The notes under the pieces: model-generated
Database searches by the model: none
What the model was told of the DNA's origin: nothing
What the model saw: the letters and a program-made list of their open reading frames with translations, nothing else
Position numbers and translations under genes: made by a program
Shown: positions 17,878 to 27,043 of the stretch, piece after piece
How the letters are laid out: each line of letters begins with the position of its first letter
How positions within the stretch are numbered: position 1 is the stretch's first letter
IMG/VR virus record: IMGVR_UViG_2508501067_000008
Span: 91-64,090 of that record
Origin: a virus
Taxonomy: Duplodnaviria; Caudoviricetes
Direction: 5' to 3' (one strand)
DNA: 64,000 bases

Positions 17878-19076
17878 GCGAATTTCACTCCCCGGATAAT
17901 GTTATCGGCGACCGCGGCGCCGGCGGGTCTGGCGGTCTTGATCTGACGACGCAGCGCAGCGTTACGGTACGCCAGGTACCCGGTAGCACCGGCGCCGGCT
18001 ACGGTACCGGCGATAGCGATATTCCGGATACGCCGGATATTGTCGGTTTTCTCGCCCCAGGTTTTCTCCCGGCGATCCCGTTTGCGGGAACCCGGAGCAT
18101 AGACGCGCGCGGAACGTCCGCGGGCGTCACGCACATCCCAACCCTTTTCGAGAGCGTCGGCGTAGGCGAACTGTGCAAGCCGAACCAGTCGCTCATGCGC
18201 CGCCATCGCGACAAGGAGCGGGTTCCGGCGGGCGGACAGACCTGTCTTCTGACGAAGCTTTTCCTTCCCTTCCGCCATGCGATGGGTGAGACGATCCATA
18301 CGGGCGCCGACAGTGTTTCCGGTTCGCGGCTTCTGCCCGTCGCGCTTCTTCTGCTGGCCGGAAGTGGCAAGGCTGTTGGCGAGCAACGGAACCCCGATCG
18401 CGGCGGTCAATGCGGCACGCTTGAACCATGGCTTGGTATAGAAGGGGCGTTCCACTTTCTTCCCGGCAGCCATGTCGCCAATATCTCCGGCAGCTTCACC
18501 CGCCCGGTTGACCCAAGGGGTGATGCGACTGGCTTTCCGGTACGCGGAAAGGGGGCTGGTTGAAACGCCGAAGGTGCCGTTGGAGAGACGATCCTGAAAG
18601 CGAACGAGAGCAAGACGCGCAGCCATGCCGCGGCGTACGCCGACCGTATTCTTGAGAGTTCTGGACTCGGCGATTTTTCTCAACCGATCCTTCTTTGCGA
18701 TCTCCTCGCTGGCGATCTGGACCTTTGATTTCACGCGGGGCGTCGCTTTGGGCTTTACCGAGACGGGCTGGTTGGCCGGGGACGCTTTGGGTCGAGGCGC
18801 CGGAACAACCGGGGGGACAGATGCGGACGCGGCAGGCTGGACTGTCGTACGCTGCGTGGCCGCGGCTCTGCGCTGCCGTGCCTCATGAAGAAGCTGGTAG
18901 AAACGCTGCTTCTTCGCCGAGGGGCGAGTACGCGCATACGCATAGAACCCGCCAACAGTCGCCGCGGCGCCTGCACCCGCCAGCACCTTGCCGAGAGCAG
19001 AACGCTGATACTCCGCGGGCTTCTCTGTTTCGGGAGGTGTGCGAAATTCGACGATACGACGGAGCGACGGCTTCAT
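17874..19076 (-). CDS. Basic modular protein with three Gly/Ala hydrophobic helices, possible internal/ejection protein
   Basis: 400 aa between portal and protease; repeated xxF motifs (IVEF, LVRF, LAQF, GVKF). Confidence 0.65.
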   Translation of the reverse strand: MKPSLRRIVEFRTPPETEKPAEYQRSALGKVLAGAGAAATVGGFYAYARTRPSAKKQRFYQLLHEARQRRAAATQRTTVQPAASASVPPVVPAPRPKASPANQPVSVKPKATPRVKSKVQIASEEIAKKDRLRKIAESRTLKNTVGVRRGMAARLALVRFQDRLSNGTFGVSTSPLSAYRKASRITPWVNRAGEAAGDIGDMAAGKKVERPFYTKPWFKRAALTAAIGVPLLANSLATSGQQKKRDGQKPRTGNTVGARMDRLTHRMAEGKEKLRQKTGLSARRNPLLVAMAAHERLVRLAQFAYADALEKGWDVRDARGRSARVYAPGSRKRDRREKTWGEKTDNIRRIRNIAIAGTVAGAGATGYLAYRNAALRRQIKTARPAGAAVADNIIRGVKFA

Positions 19077-20821
19077 GTGTTTCCAGGTGGAGCGTCAACC
19101 GGAGACTTCGTCCCGGGTAAATTTGCGGCCACCGCGACCGGCTGCGGGGTCGGCACGATTGTCTCGGCGATAACCGGGTCGAGCTCGAACACACCGACCA
19201 GAGTAGCGACAGCCTCCTCACGGGGAAGCTGGCCGGACGCAACTTTCTCGAGGATGTCGACCAGAGTCTTGGTGGCTCCTTCGCCGAGATCGCTGATCGT
19301 CGAGGTCGGGGCGGGATCGAGTGCCTCCTGCGCGGCGGCAAGCTGGTTGCTGGCATCCGGGAAGCGGCCCATCGCCACCATCTCGACAGGGACGCCCGCT
19401 GCGGCGCACTTGTTGCGGAGGATGACGACTTCCTTGATGAGCTGGTCGGTAAGGTCTTCGTAATCGTAGCCCTCTTCCCCGGCGATCTCCGACGCGCTCT
19501 TGAGCCCGGCCTGAAGGAGGGCGAGATTCGCATCAGTGTCATAGCCGGTATCGGCGGTAAGTGCTTTCCCGAACTGCCAGCGACCCCAGTCGAAATTCTT
19601 GTTGGGCGGAAGCTCGCCGACAGCAATGGCGTTGGCGAGCACAGCGCGTTTCACCCCGTCCAGCAGCGACGTGACGAGGATTTCCTGAAACCGGGCGAAC
19701 ATGCGCTGAAGCTGCTGGGCCTCGAGCCGGATAGTGGCCCCGCCAAACTTCGACATGTCGAAAAAGCCGTACGGGAGATTGAGGCCAAAGGCGATGTCCT
19801 TGAGAGCGGCCTCGATGTAAGCCATGAAGGCCCCGCTGGGACGGTTGCCCGTATTGAAAGGCGTGATATCCTCGTTGGGCCGAAGCCGCAGGAGCTTGTT
19901 GCCTTCGACTTTTTCGGTCGGGTTGCCATTGGCATCGCGGCTGACACCGTCCCACATACCAGCCGATCCCGCCCCGGATTTTGCAAGAGGGTCGGTGACG
20001 CGGATCACGCCTGCAATCGACGCCGCCCACTTGGCCGCGCCCCGCTCAAAACTGAACATCTCGTAGAGGTCGCGAGCCTGGGCAACCACCGGGGCAAGCC
20101 AGGAAGTGCCGCGGTACTCATCCGACCGGAGAGGCTTGCGGAGAAGAAAGAAATTCTTCGCATCCGCCGTGGCCTCGAACTCGTACCGGCTGGATTTGCG
20201 GTCACGTTTGAAGATGTCGTAACTCACGGGTTGCCCCAGGGAATTAAGCCGGATACCCTGAACGTAATCATCCTCCTGCTGGTTGGCGACGGTGTTAGGG
20301 TCTCCGATACGGTCGGCCTCGATGCACTGGAGCTGGAGTCTGGCGCCGTTGCGGACCAGGTAGAAGCCGAAGTCCCCGTCACGCAGCATCGACCGGAAGC
20401 CGACTTCGACCAGAGTGCGGAAATTGGTGCGCCCGGTAATGTCGGCATCCCGAGTAAACCATTTTTCGAGGTATGCCTCGGCCAGGGAATCCCAGGCAGG
20501 ATCGCCGGACTGGGACTGGTACAGGACCTGGGAACACACGTACTGGGCAACGCGGTCGAGAACTCCCCGGATGACGGGCATGTTGCGTTCGAGGTCCCGG
20601 GCTTCCCAGATCAGCTTGAGCCGGTCCATCGCCATGCGCGGGGTCTCGGAACTGGCATTTTTCGCCATGCCTCCGCTGCTGCCGCGCTTCACCCCCGGGT
20701 TGGCGGCATCGTACCCGAACAAGGTCAACTTCTCCCGGGCGATAGCCCGTTGCAACGCGTAGGTCGGAGCTACCGCGGCGAGAGCGCGTTCAAAAATGGA
20801 AGGCTTGGGATCAACGGGCAT
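19073..20821 (-). CDS. Portal protein (lambda gpB family)
   Basis: 582 aa; YDAA, EARDLERN, IEADRI, RGTSWLAPV motifs. Confidence 0.9.
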   Translation of the reverse strand: MPVDPKPSIFERALAAVAPTYALQRAIAREKLTLFGYDAANPGVKRGSSGGMAKNASSETPRMAMDRLKLIWEARDLERNMPVIRGVLDRVAQYVCSQVLYQSQSGDPAWDSLAEAYLEKWFTRDADITGRTNFRTLVEVGFRSMLRDGDFGFYLVRNGARLQLQCIEADRIGDPNTVANQQEDDYVQGIRLNSLGQPVSYDIFKRDRKSSRYEFEATADAKNFFLLRKPLRSDEYRGTSWLAPVVAQARDLYEMFSFERGAAKWAASIAGVIRVTDPLAKSGAGSAGMWDGVSRDANGNPTEKVEGNKLLRLRPNEDITPFNTGNRPSGAFMAYIEAALKDIAFGLNLPYGFFDMSKFGGATIRLEAQQLQRMFARFQEILVTSLLDGVKRAVLANAIAVGELPPNKNFDWGRWQFGKALTADTGYDTDANLALLQAGLKSASEIAGEEGYDYEDLTDQLIKEVVILRNKCAAAGVPVEMVAMGRFPDASNQLAAAQEALDPAPTSTISDLGEGATKTLVDILEKVASGQLPREEAVATLVGVFELDPVIAETIVPTPQPVAVAANLPGTKSPVDAPPGNT

Positions 20822-20855
20822 GGCAACGCCATGCCGGAAGCGTCAACCGGCGGGG

Positions 20856-21104
20856 TCACCAGGTCTCGATGCCGCTGAAATCCGGGACCATGTGCCGACG
20901 GCCGTCGTCACTTCCCCCACGCTCCTGCTCGACCTGGGTGGCGGCGGCCAGCCGGGTACGCATTTCCGCCGTACTCCGGGAGTAGGACCGGTTGCCTTCG
21001 GCCTGGGCGTTGAAAGGGTTCCGCGACCACTTCTTCAGCCAGACGATCTCCGCAGCAAGCTCGGCTGCGGTGTACCCCCGGTAAATTTGAAGCCACTCTT
21101 CCAT
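20856..21104 (-). CDS. gpW-like head-tail adaptor
   Basis: 82 aa just upstream of portal. Confidence 0.6.
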   Translation of the reverse strand: MEEWLQIYRGYTAAELAAEIVWLKKWSRNPFNAQAEGNRSYSRSTAEMRTRLAAATQVEQERGGSDDGRRHMVPDFSGIETW

Positions 21105-21120
21105 CGGACCCGGGAGGCAG

Positions 21121-21774
21121 TCAACCGAGGTCCCGGACGACTTCCTCGAGAACCTTGCGCAACTCGACTCTCATCTTCGGATTGAACTTCTCCCGGGAGG
21201 CGGCGTAGTCGCGGGCGAACTGGCGGGCCTGCTCAAGAAAAGATTTTGTCCCGGTGTCATGAGGTTCCAGCCGGACCGTCGACAACGCACGACGGAGAGT
21301 TTCCCGAAGACCCTTGACCGTATAGCCCTCCCGAACGGTCTTCTCGATCCAGAATTCGTACTGTCCATCCGGTACCCGCCCGACGATTTCAGCAGCATGA
21401 TGAAAAGTTAACTTCTCCCGACGTCGGGAAAACGGGAGCTTGCAGCAGACATACTTTGCGTTCGCCAAGGTCTGGACAGCATAACCAGTCTCTTCGGCGA
21501 TACGGGCGTACAACTCTTCCGGCACGCGTTTTCCCCAGTGAGAGTCAAGGTAGTGAGCCTGCCCGTACGCCAGCCAGTCACCAATCATCCACATGGCCGC
21601 ACCGGTAACTTCCGTCACTTTCCGGCCAATGGACATCCAGGCCTCGTAGTCGAGGCCCTCCGGGATAACCAGACCGCAACGGCTGGTCTTAACCCCGGCC
21701 GGAAGGTGCGGGCTGGACTCGGCGGTCGAGACGGAGAGGACTTCTGTTGGTACGGGTGTAGCGGGAGCAGGCAT
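21121..21774 (-). CDS. LmbU-like DNA-binding protein
   Basis: WMIGDWLAYG...TGYAVQTLAN...SRRREKLTFHHAAE pattern recalled from the LmbU family. Confidence 0.65.
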   Translation of the reverse strand: MPAPATPVPTEVLSVSTAESSPHLPAGVKTSRCGLVIPEGLDYEAWMSIGRKVTEVTGAAMWMIGDWLAYGQAHYLDSHWGKRVPEELYARIAEETGYAVQTLANAKYVCCKLPFSRRREKLTFHHAAEIVGRVPDGQYEFWIEKTVREGYTVKGLRETLRRALSTVRLEPHDTGTKSFLEQARQFARDYAASREKFNPKMRVELRKVLEEVVRDLG

Positions 21775-22117
21775 TGGCGGACTTGTTGTTGAAGGTTTTC
21801 GGGAGGTGTAAATCGTCCTGGATTTTCGCTACACGCTTGCTCACGGCGGCCTTGGTAATCCCGTGGCGGGTGGCGGTGCTTGTCATGGTCTCGTCCTCGA
21901 GATCGGCGTCGCCGAGGGCCAGGTAGAGACAGTCGATCGTCAGTCGTGCGCGGGTCTGGCTACGCACGTAGCTTACAAGACGACGCGCAAACTCAAGTGT
22001 CTCGGGCGGATGTGCCGTGTCAGTCGGAGTGTCCGGCTCCGCTTCGTCGGGGTATATAAAGCCGGTAGAGCATTCTTTCGAGTTCTCGTGCAGCACCATG
22101 AGCCTGGAAATAGGCAA
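21689..22117 (-). CDS. HTH protein, sigma-70 region-4-like
   Basis: TMTSTATRHGITKAAVSKRVAKI helix-turn-helix; TTG start. Confidence 0.6.
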   Translation of the reverse strand: MPISRLMVLHENSKECSTGFIYPDEAEPDTPTDTAHPPETLEFARRLVSYVRSQTRARLTIDCLYLALGDADLEDETMTSTATRHGITKAAVSKRVAKIQDDLHLPKTFNNKSANACSRYTRTNRSPLRLDRRVQPAPSGRG

Positions 22118-22132
22118 AACCCGAGGCGTTCG

Positions 22133-23974
22133 TCAACTTTTTATTGCGTTTTGTTGCGGTTCGTTGACCACATCCATCAAGCCCGTCGCCATCGCGGCCA
22201 CAAGAGCCTGCCGGAAACAGCTTCCCCAGTGGTCATCAGGGCGTTTCTGCGTCCACTCGACTTCGACAACCCCGTTCGCCTTTATCCGCTCCATACGCTC
22301 GTAGGCGGTGAGCTGCATCTTGTACTCGTGGAGCATGTCGCCGTCGTTCGGCAGTTCCAGTGACGGGCCAATCCCGCGCATGCAAGCCTCCGCACGATCC
22401 AGCATCGACGACTTGGAGAAAAGGAGCTGGCGGATCGGGCGGACACGGTTGGCCTGGTTGGTGCCAAGGAACGGATCGACAAAGGTCCATGTGTACGGCA
22501 GCCGCAGCTCGCCGAGACGATAGAACGGAGCCTTGTCGCCCTTCATCGCCTTCCAGGCATAGTTCCCGTCGGGCAGAACGCCCGATTCCATGACATAGCC
22601 ATAGACCTCCGAAGCCCAGTGGCCGCTGTCGATAACGATATTCTGGGCGGGCACGGCATACGTGGCAGCCAGACTGCGGAGTTCCTCCACGCTCCACGCC
22701 TTGCCCCACGCGAGCACCCGCTGGGCGCCGCCCGGCGCAAAGGCATGGACGGACCAGTAAAAGTGACGACCGCCCTTGCCCTGGACGTCGATGGACAGGA
22801 ACCGGCGGACTTCGTTGAAGGGCGCCGTGAAATCGCTGACCCGGTCGTCGATATAGCCCTCGCTGACCGCAAAGCGCAAACGGTCCTCCCAGGGGCGCCC
22901 GAGAGACTCGGTCACGAAGGTCTTCATGGGGTCATGATTCCCGTGATCGAGGTCCACCTGGGCCATGACGTACTTCTGGACGAGGTCACGCCACTTTACC
23001 CAGAACGGCAGCAGGGCGTTCCAGGTGTAGCTCTTCAGCTCCTTCGGGGCCTTCGGGTTGTGGCTCACCCATACGCCTTCCGACATGATCCGCCAACGGG
23101 CCTGCGGCTCGTCACGCTGCATGTATCCGCATCTTGGGCACACGTAACGAATATGGGGCGCCAGCGCGTCGAAGTCCCACCGGCCATCCTCGTCGACGAC
23201 CCCTGGCACATCCCGGAACTTCACGCATTTGCGGGTCTGCGGATGCTCCGCACGGACGTTCTCCCACTCGAGCGGCCCGCGGTAATCACACCCTGCCGGG
23301 TTCAGGCAGGGCACGTGCCAATGCTCCTGCGAGCCAGCGAGCCATTCGTTATGCAAAACGTCCTTCTCGTCACCGGGAGTCGAAAGGATCAGGATGCGGC
23401 TGTTCCACCAGGTGCGGACACGCATCTTCGCCATTGGCAGAGCCCACTTCGGCCAATTCCTGACCTCGTCGCAAAGCAGGTAACGACGACTGCGGGACTG
23501 GAGCTTGGCCTTGCTGTTGGAGCCCACGATCTCGAACAGCATCGTCGGGAAATAAATTTCCATCGACTTTGCCAAGGTGCGGCTGTCGGGGATTTGCCGC
23601 TTCACCGGCTGGCACATGTGGAAGGCGGGCATCAGGCGCTCGTTGGCAAACTTGAGTCCTTCCTCGTCGGACGCCGCGATCCACATCGCGGGTGACGGGT
23701 CCTCGGCGACGATCCAGTTCGCAAGGATCATTCCGGTCTCGGTCTTCGAGGACTGGGCGGAACACATGACCGTGATCTGCCGGACGGAGTTGTCGGCAAA
23801 CTCTTCCATAAGTTTTCGCACCCAGGGTGAATTTTCGGACCGCCACTTGCCCGGGATGTTGGAGACCGGAACTTCGTAGTGCTCCTCGGCCCATTTCCAC
23901 GGGGGGCGCGTGTCAGGAGGGCGCCAGGCGAGGGAGGCCGCCCGTGCGATGATGTTGGGCCGGTCGGCGCTCAT
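22133..23974 (-). CDS. Terminase large subunit (lambda GpA family)
   Basis: SAQSSKTE Walker A, LLCDEV Walker B, ILSTP, CxxC zinc motifs, IDVQ nuclease motif; start ATG 23974. Confidence 0.93.
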   Translation of the reverse strand: MSADRPNIIARAASLAWRPPDTRPPWKWAEEHYEVPVSNIPGKWRSENSPWVRKLMEEFADNSVRQITVMCSAQSSKTETGMILANWIVAEDPSPAMWIAASDEEGLKFANERLMPAFHMCQPVKRQIPDSRTLAKSMEIYFPTMLFEIVGSNSKAKLQSRSRRYLLCDEVRNWPKWALPMAKMRVRTWWNSRILILSTPGDEKDVLHNEWLAGSQEHWHVPCLNPAGCDYRGPLEWENVRAEHPQTRKCVKFRDVPGVVDEDGRWDFDALAPHIRYVCPRCGYMQRDEPQARWRIMSEGVWVSHNPKAPKELKSYTWNALLPFWVKWRDLVQKYVMAQVDLDHGNHDPMKTFVTESLGRPWEDRLRFAVSEGYIDDRVSDFTAPFNEVRRFLSIDVQGKGGRHFYWSVHAFAPGGAQRVLAWGKAWSVEELRSLAATYAVPAQNIVIDSGHWASEVYGYVMESGVLPDGNYAWKAMKGDKAPFYRLGELRLPYTWTFVDPFLGTNQANRVRPIRQLLFSKSSMLDRAEACMRGIGPSLELPNDGDMLHEYKMQLTAYERMERIKANGVVEVEWTQKRPDDHWGSCFRQALVAAMATGLMDVVNEPQQNAIKS

Positions 23975-24471
23975 TTGGCGGCATGGAGCGGGCGCGACGT
24001 CAACTGGCCGAGGGCCTCGACGATCTCCTCCCGGAGGATGCGCTCGGCATCCACCTCGGTCCGTCCGACGACCAGAGGGGCGCACGTGCCCGGAATCTTG
24101 CACAACACGGTCTTGGCCCGGATGACCAGATCGCCCACCCACGCCTCGACATCGACGTTTGCCGTGTATTCGTTGCGACGGACGTTCAGCTCGAATTCGA
24201 GTTTCTGGTTCTGCAACCGGAGACGCTCGACCTCGAGATTGCGTTTGTCGTCCGGACCCACGGTCGGATCGGTGAGGGATGCAAAGTTGGCGTTGATGAA
24301 CCCCTGCCACTCCTGGATGTGGTAACGCCCGTCCTTGGACCGCCCGGGATTCCCCTCCATCTTGAGGGCCTTCTGGATAATTTTCCGGTCCCGGGGCGGG
24401 GTCAGGTAACCGCCGAGCTCAGTCTGGTTTTTGGCGAAGGCAGGAACTTTGCCGGGTTTTCGTTTAGCCAT
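23971..24471 (-). CDS. Terminase small subunit (Nu1-like)
   Basis: N-terminal wHTH-like part, EVERLRLQNQKLEFEL coiled coil; directly upstream of TerL. Confidence 0.78.
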   Translation of the reverse strand: MAKRKPGKVPAFAKNQTELGGYLTPPRDRKIIQKALKMEGNPGRSKDGRYHIQEWQGFINANFASLTDPTVGPDDKRNLEVERLRLQNQKLEFELNVRRNEYTANVDVEAWVGDLVIRAKTVLCKIPGTCAPLVVGRTEVDAERILREEIVEALGQLTSRPLHAAK

Positions 24472-24501
24472 CGCCGGGAACGGCGATGTCAACCAGGCAA
24501 A

Positions 24502-24611
24502 TTACGCCTACGCCTCTTACACTGGATTCCCGCACCTCTCCTTCTCCTATATTTATTATATTTATTGAAGTCCGAAGATGAAGAAACAGGTTGCAGAGGT
24601 GTAAAGGCGTA
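24502..24611. repeat. Origin-like element copy A (inverted short repeats around an AT-rich core)
   Basis: TTACGCCTACGCCTCTTACAC ... CCTATATTTATTATATTTATT ... GGTGTAAAGGCGTA; similar to 44891..45003. Confidence 0.6.
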
Positions 24612-24960
24612 TGGTCCGTGGTCGGGAGTTTTATGGATAGCGGAGAGAATCTGTCTATTGGCGTAGGCTATATGGATGGTGGCCCGCCTTGTACCGCAGC
24701 GCCAGGGTATCCTCCCTTCCCACCCGGCCTCTGCAATTGCTCTCCATGGCGACTAAATTCTTTATTCGCGCTATTTCATTAACTTGCGTTACTCCGAGTA
24801 TTACACTGTAACAAATTAAACCAGCTATACGCATTTCCCTTGGCTGCTATGCCGCCTTGACGTATGCCTGTATACGAAACGGGCGAGGTCGTTGCTGCGA
24901 CCTCGCCCATTAACTAACGATAAACTATGCAACATGCACACATGCACGCAACTGCCGCCA

Positions 24961-25224
24961 ATGGCAAGACAAATCAAACAAGCACGGGCTCGGCTCGGGC
25001 TTTCGCAACCGCGGGCCGCGAAGGAATGGCAAGTTCCGGTGGCCACGCTTCGCAACTGGGAGGCCGGGAGACGTTACCCGACGAGGGAAACTCTGGAGCG
25101 ACTGTGGGTGGCGTGGGGGCTGCCCACGCTATCGAGGTCGACGGAATCCTCGTACTCGTCCAGCCCAGCGAACAGCACGAATATCTCGTTAGTACCCGCG
25201 GCGTCGCCTCGGGTTACGGGGTAG
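24961..25224 (+). CDS. XRE-family HTH regulator
   Basis: IKQARARLGLSQPRAAKEWQVPVATLRNWEAGRRYP. Confidence 0.78.
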   Translation: MARQIKQARARLGLSQPRAAKEWQVPVATLRNWEAGRRYPTRETLERLWVAWGLPTLSRSTESSYSSSPANSTNISLVPAASPRVTG

Positions 25225-25811
25225 ATGAAGTCACCCTCCGCAGACATAAGCAAACTCATGCCGACGAACTGGTTGAGGGTAAGCATTGGGTTGTTCAAAA
25301 AATGAACACCCTCGGTGGAGAGCAGGACGTTACCCTCTGGACCAAGCGCGGGGTAATTCGTCTCGGGTTCTTCATCAAGTCGGAACGGGCAAAGAAATTC
25401 CGGAACGCCGCGGAAGACCTAACACTTTGGTACACCGAAGGTTCCTTGGTTCCGGCCTCGTCTGTCACCGAAACGATCAGCGCCGCCGATCTGTTCCGGG
25501 TGCTGGTGCAGAACCAGCAGGTGCTCGCTGACGTGGCCGCCACGCTTCGGATTTTCGCGGAACGCTTGGGGCGTATCGAGAGCGCCGTCGGGCCGATCCC
25601 GGAGCGTGAGTTCCTCGTCGACCCGAACAACCTCACCCTCCGTCAGCGCAGCGTCCTGAGCGGGCTGACCGCCCGGGCATTGCCGGCATGGGAACTCGGA
25701 CTCGATCGCGAGATGGGCGTCCTGCACGCGCTTGAACGCACTGGACTCGTGGCACAGTCGGGCATGGGCTGGCGCCGGTTGCCAAAAGGCGATCAGGCAC
25801 TCGCGGCTTGA
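25113..25811 (+). CDS. Phage antirepressor-like protein (ORF6N-like domain)
   Basis: ELVEGKHW...GGEQDVTLWTKRGVIRLGFFIKSERAKKFR; start uncertain, overlaps the XRE ORF. Confidence 0.7.
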   Translation: MGAAHAIEVDGILVLVQPSEQHEYLVSTRGVASGYGVDEVTLRRHKQTHADELVEGKHWVVQKMNTLGGEQDVTLWTKRGVIRLGFFIKSERAKKFRNAAEDLTLWYTEGSLVPASSVTETISAADLFRVLVQNQQVLADVAATLRIFAERLGRIESAVGPIPEREFLVDPNNLTLRQRSVLSGLTARALPAWELGLDREMGVLHALERTGLVAQSGMGWRRLPKGDQALAA

Positions 25812-25878
25812 CCGCACGCCGCAACGGACTACGGTAATAGTCGATCAATCGGTTGGTTACCGGTTGTTTATCACGTTG

Positions 25879-25911
25879 AAGCGCCGCTCGTGCAAACGGG
25901 TGGCGCTTTTT
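25879..25911 (+). terminator. Intrinsic terminator
   Basis: AAGCGCC-GCTCG..CGGGT-GGCGCTT then TTT. Confidence 0.7.
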
Positions 25912-26051
25912 CGTGCAAATCCATGAAAATGGCCCCCTACGCCACCACGGCTATATCTTATTGTGAATCAGGTAATTACGTATTTCTGTAATGGATTCTG
26001 TGTTACGCTTAATTATGCATAACTAAGTAAAACATAACGCTTTAAGCATCG

Positions 26052-26080
26052 TTGACGGCACGTTTCGTGTCTGGTAAGAT
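26052..26080 (+). promoter_or_regulatory. Sigma70-type early promoter
   Basis: TTGACG-N17-TAAGAT in AT-rich intergenic region, 62 nt upstream of 26143. Confidence 0.7.
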
Positions 26081-26142
26081 ATGTGTCCCGTCAGTCAATT
26101 CCGACGAACGGCACGTGATAGCCAACCTAACCAACCGAAATC

Positions 26143-27039
26143 ATGACAACGTATTCATCCGCCCAATACACGCCAACGCGGCGCAATCCCGAATTGCGCA
26201 ACCCCTTCCCGTCCCTTCCGGTTCTCCCGCCAGAGGAAGGCGGGAAACTGCTCATTCGCACACTCCATGCGCTGGCATGGAGTGTTGCCGAAAAGCGCGC
26301 ACGGAAAGACTCCCGCGCCATCGCATTGCGTGCCGAATTGGCACGGGAAGCAGAGAGCGCGGCAGGGGAAACAATCGCCCTTGTCCTGACACGCTTCGCC
26401 AACTTCGCCCCGAATGCGCATACTTGCCTCGTATCCAGAATCCTGATTCTCCATCAATCGGGTGAAAACCTCACCCTTGCCATGCCCTTGCCTGTTTGGC
26501 GTGCTGCGCACAAGGCCTGCGACCGTGCCTTGCGCAAAATGGCGCGGGAAGTGGCAGAGGATGCCATGGAGCTGCGCACGTTTGACGCAAGCGGATGGGC
26601 AGATTTTGCAAATGTGGAGAACGAGGGAGAAATGCGCTTTGCGGAAAGTATGGCGTGCCTTGCCATCCGCCACAAAGCGGAGGTGTTGCGTGAAGCCATC
26701 CGCACGCATGCCAGTAGTGGAAACGGCAATACGCAACGCGCAGCACGCGCTTTCCTCGCCAAGGTCAGCCAATGGGAAGCACGCGCCATTGCCCTTGTGC
26801 GGGGCGACAATTCCGCCCCGCCGCTTACTGTCATTTCTTCCCGTGCCGAGACAACACGGGAAGTGACGGAATCCCTCGCAATCCGTAAAGGAAACCGCCA
26901 CGTGCAACACGACGGCAAAGGGAGCACAAGCGGCACGCGCCAGCGCAAAGACAAGGAAGGCTTTCGTTTGTATTCCGCCGGATGGAAGCAAGTTGCGCGT
27001 CTGGAAGCGTTCATCGGGCAACCCTTGGCGACAGTCTAA
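26143..27039 (+). CDS. First early gene; possible divergent sigma-factor-like protein
   Basis: EAESAAGETIALVLTRFANFAP and VWRAAHKACDRALRKMARE resemble ECF sigma region 2; by-eye match only. Confidence 0.45.
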   Translation: MTTYSSAQYTPTRRNPELRNPFPSLPVLPPEEGGKLLIRTLHALAWSVAEKRARKDSRAIALRAELAREAESAAGETIALVLTRFANFAPNAHTCLVSRILILHQSGENLTLAMPLPVWRAAHKACDRALRKMAREVAEDAMELRTFDASGWADFANVENEGEMRFAESMACLAIRHKAEVLREAIRTHASSGNGNTQRAARAFLAKVSQWEARAIALVRGDNSAPPLTVISSRAETTREVTESLAIRKGNRHVQHDGKGSTSGTRQRKDKEGFRLYSAGWKQVARLEAFIGQPLATV

Positions 27040-27043
27040 AACC

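Noticed and set aside
24881-24908. Lambda-like cos site (GGGCGAGGTCG..CGACCTCGCCC)
   Set aside because: Resemblance to lambda cosN is superficial; it is an 11-bp hairpin with no other support; real ends need virion sequencing
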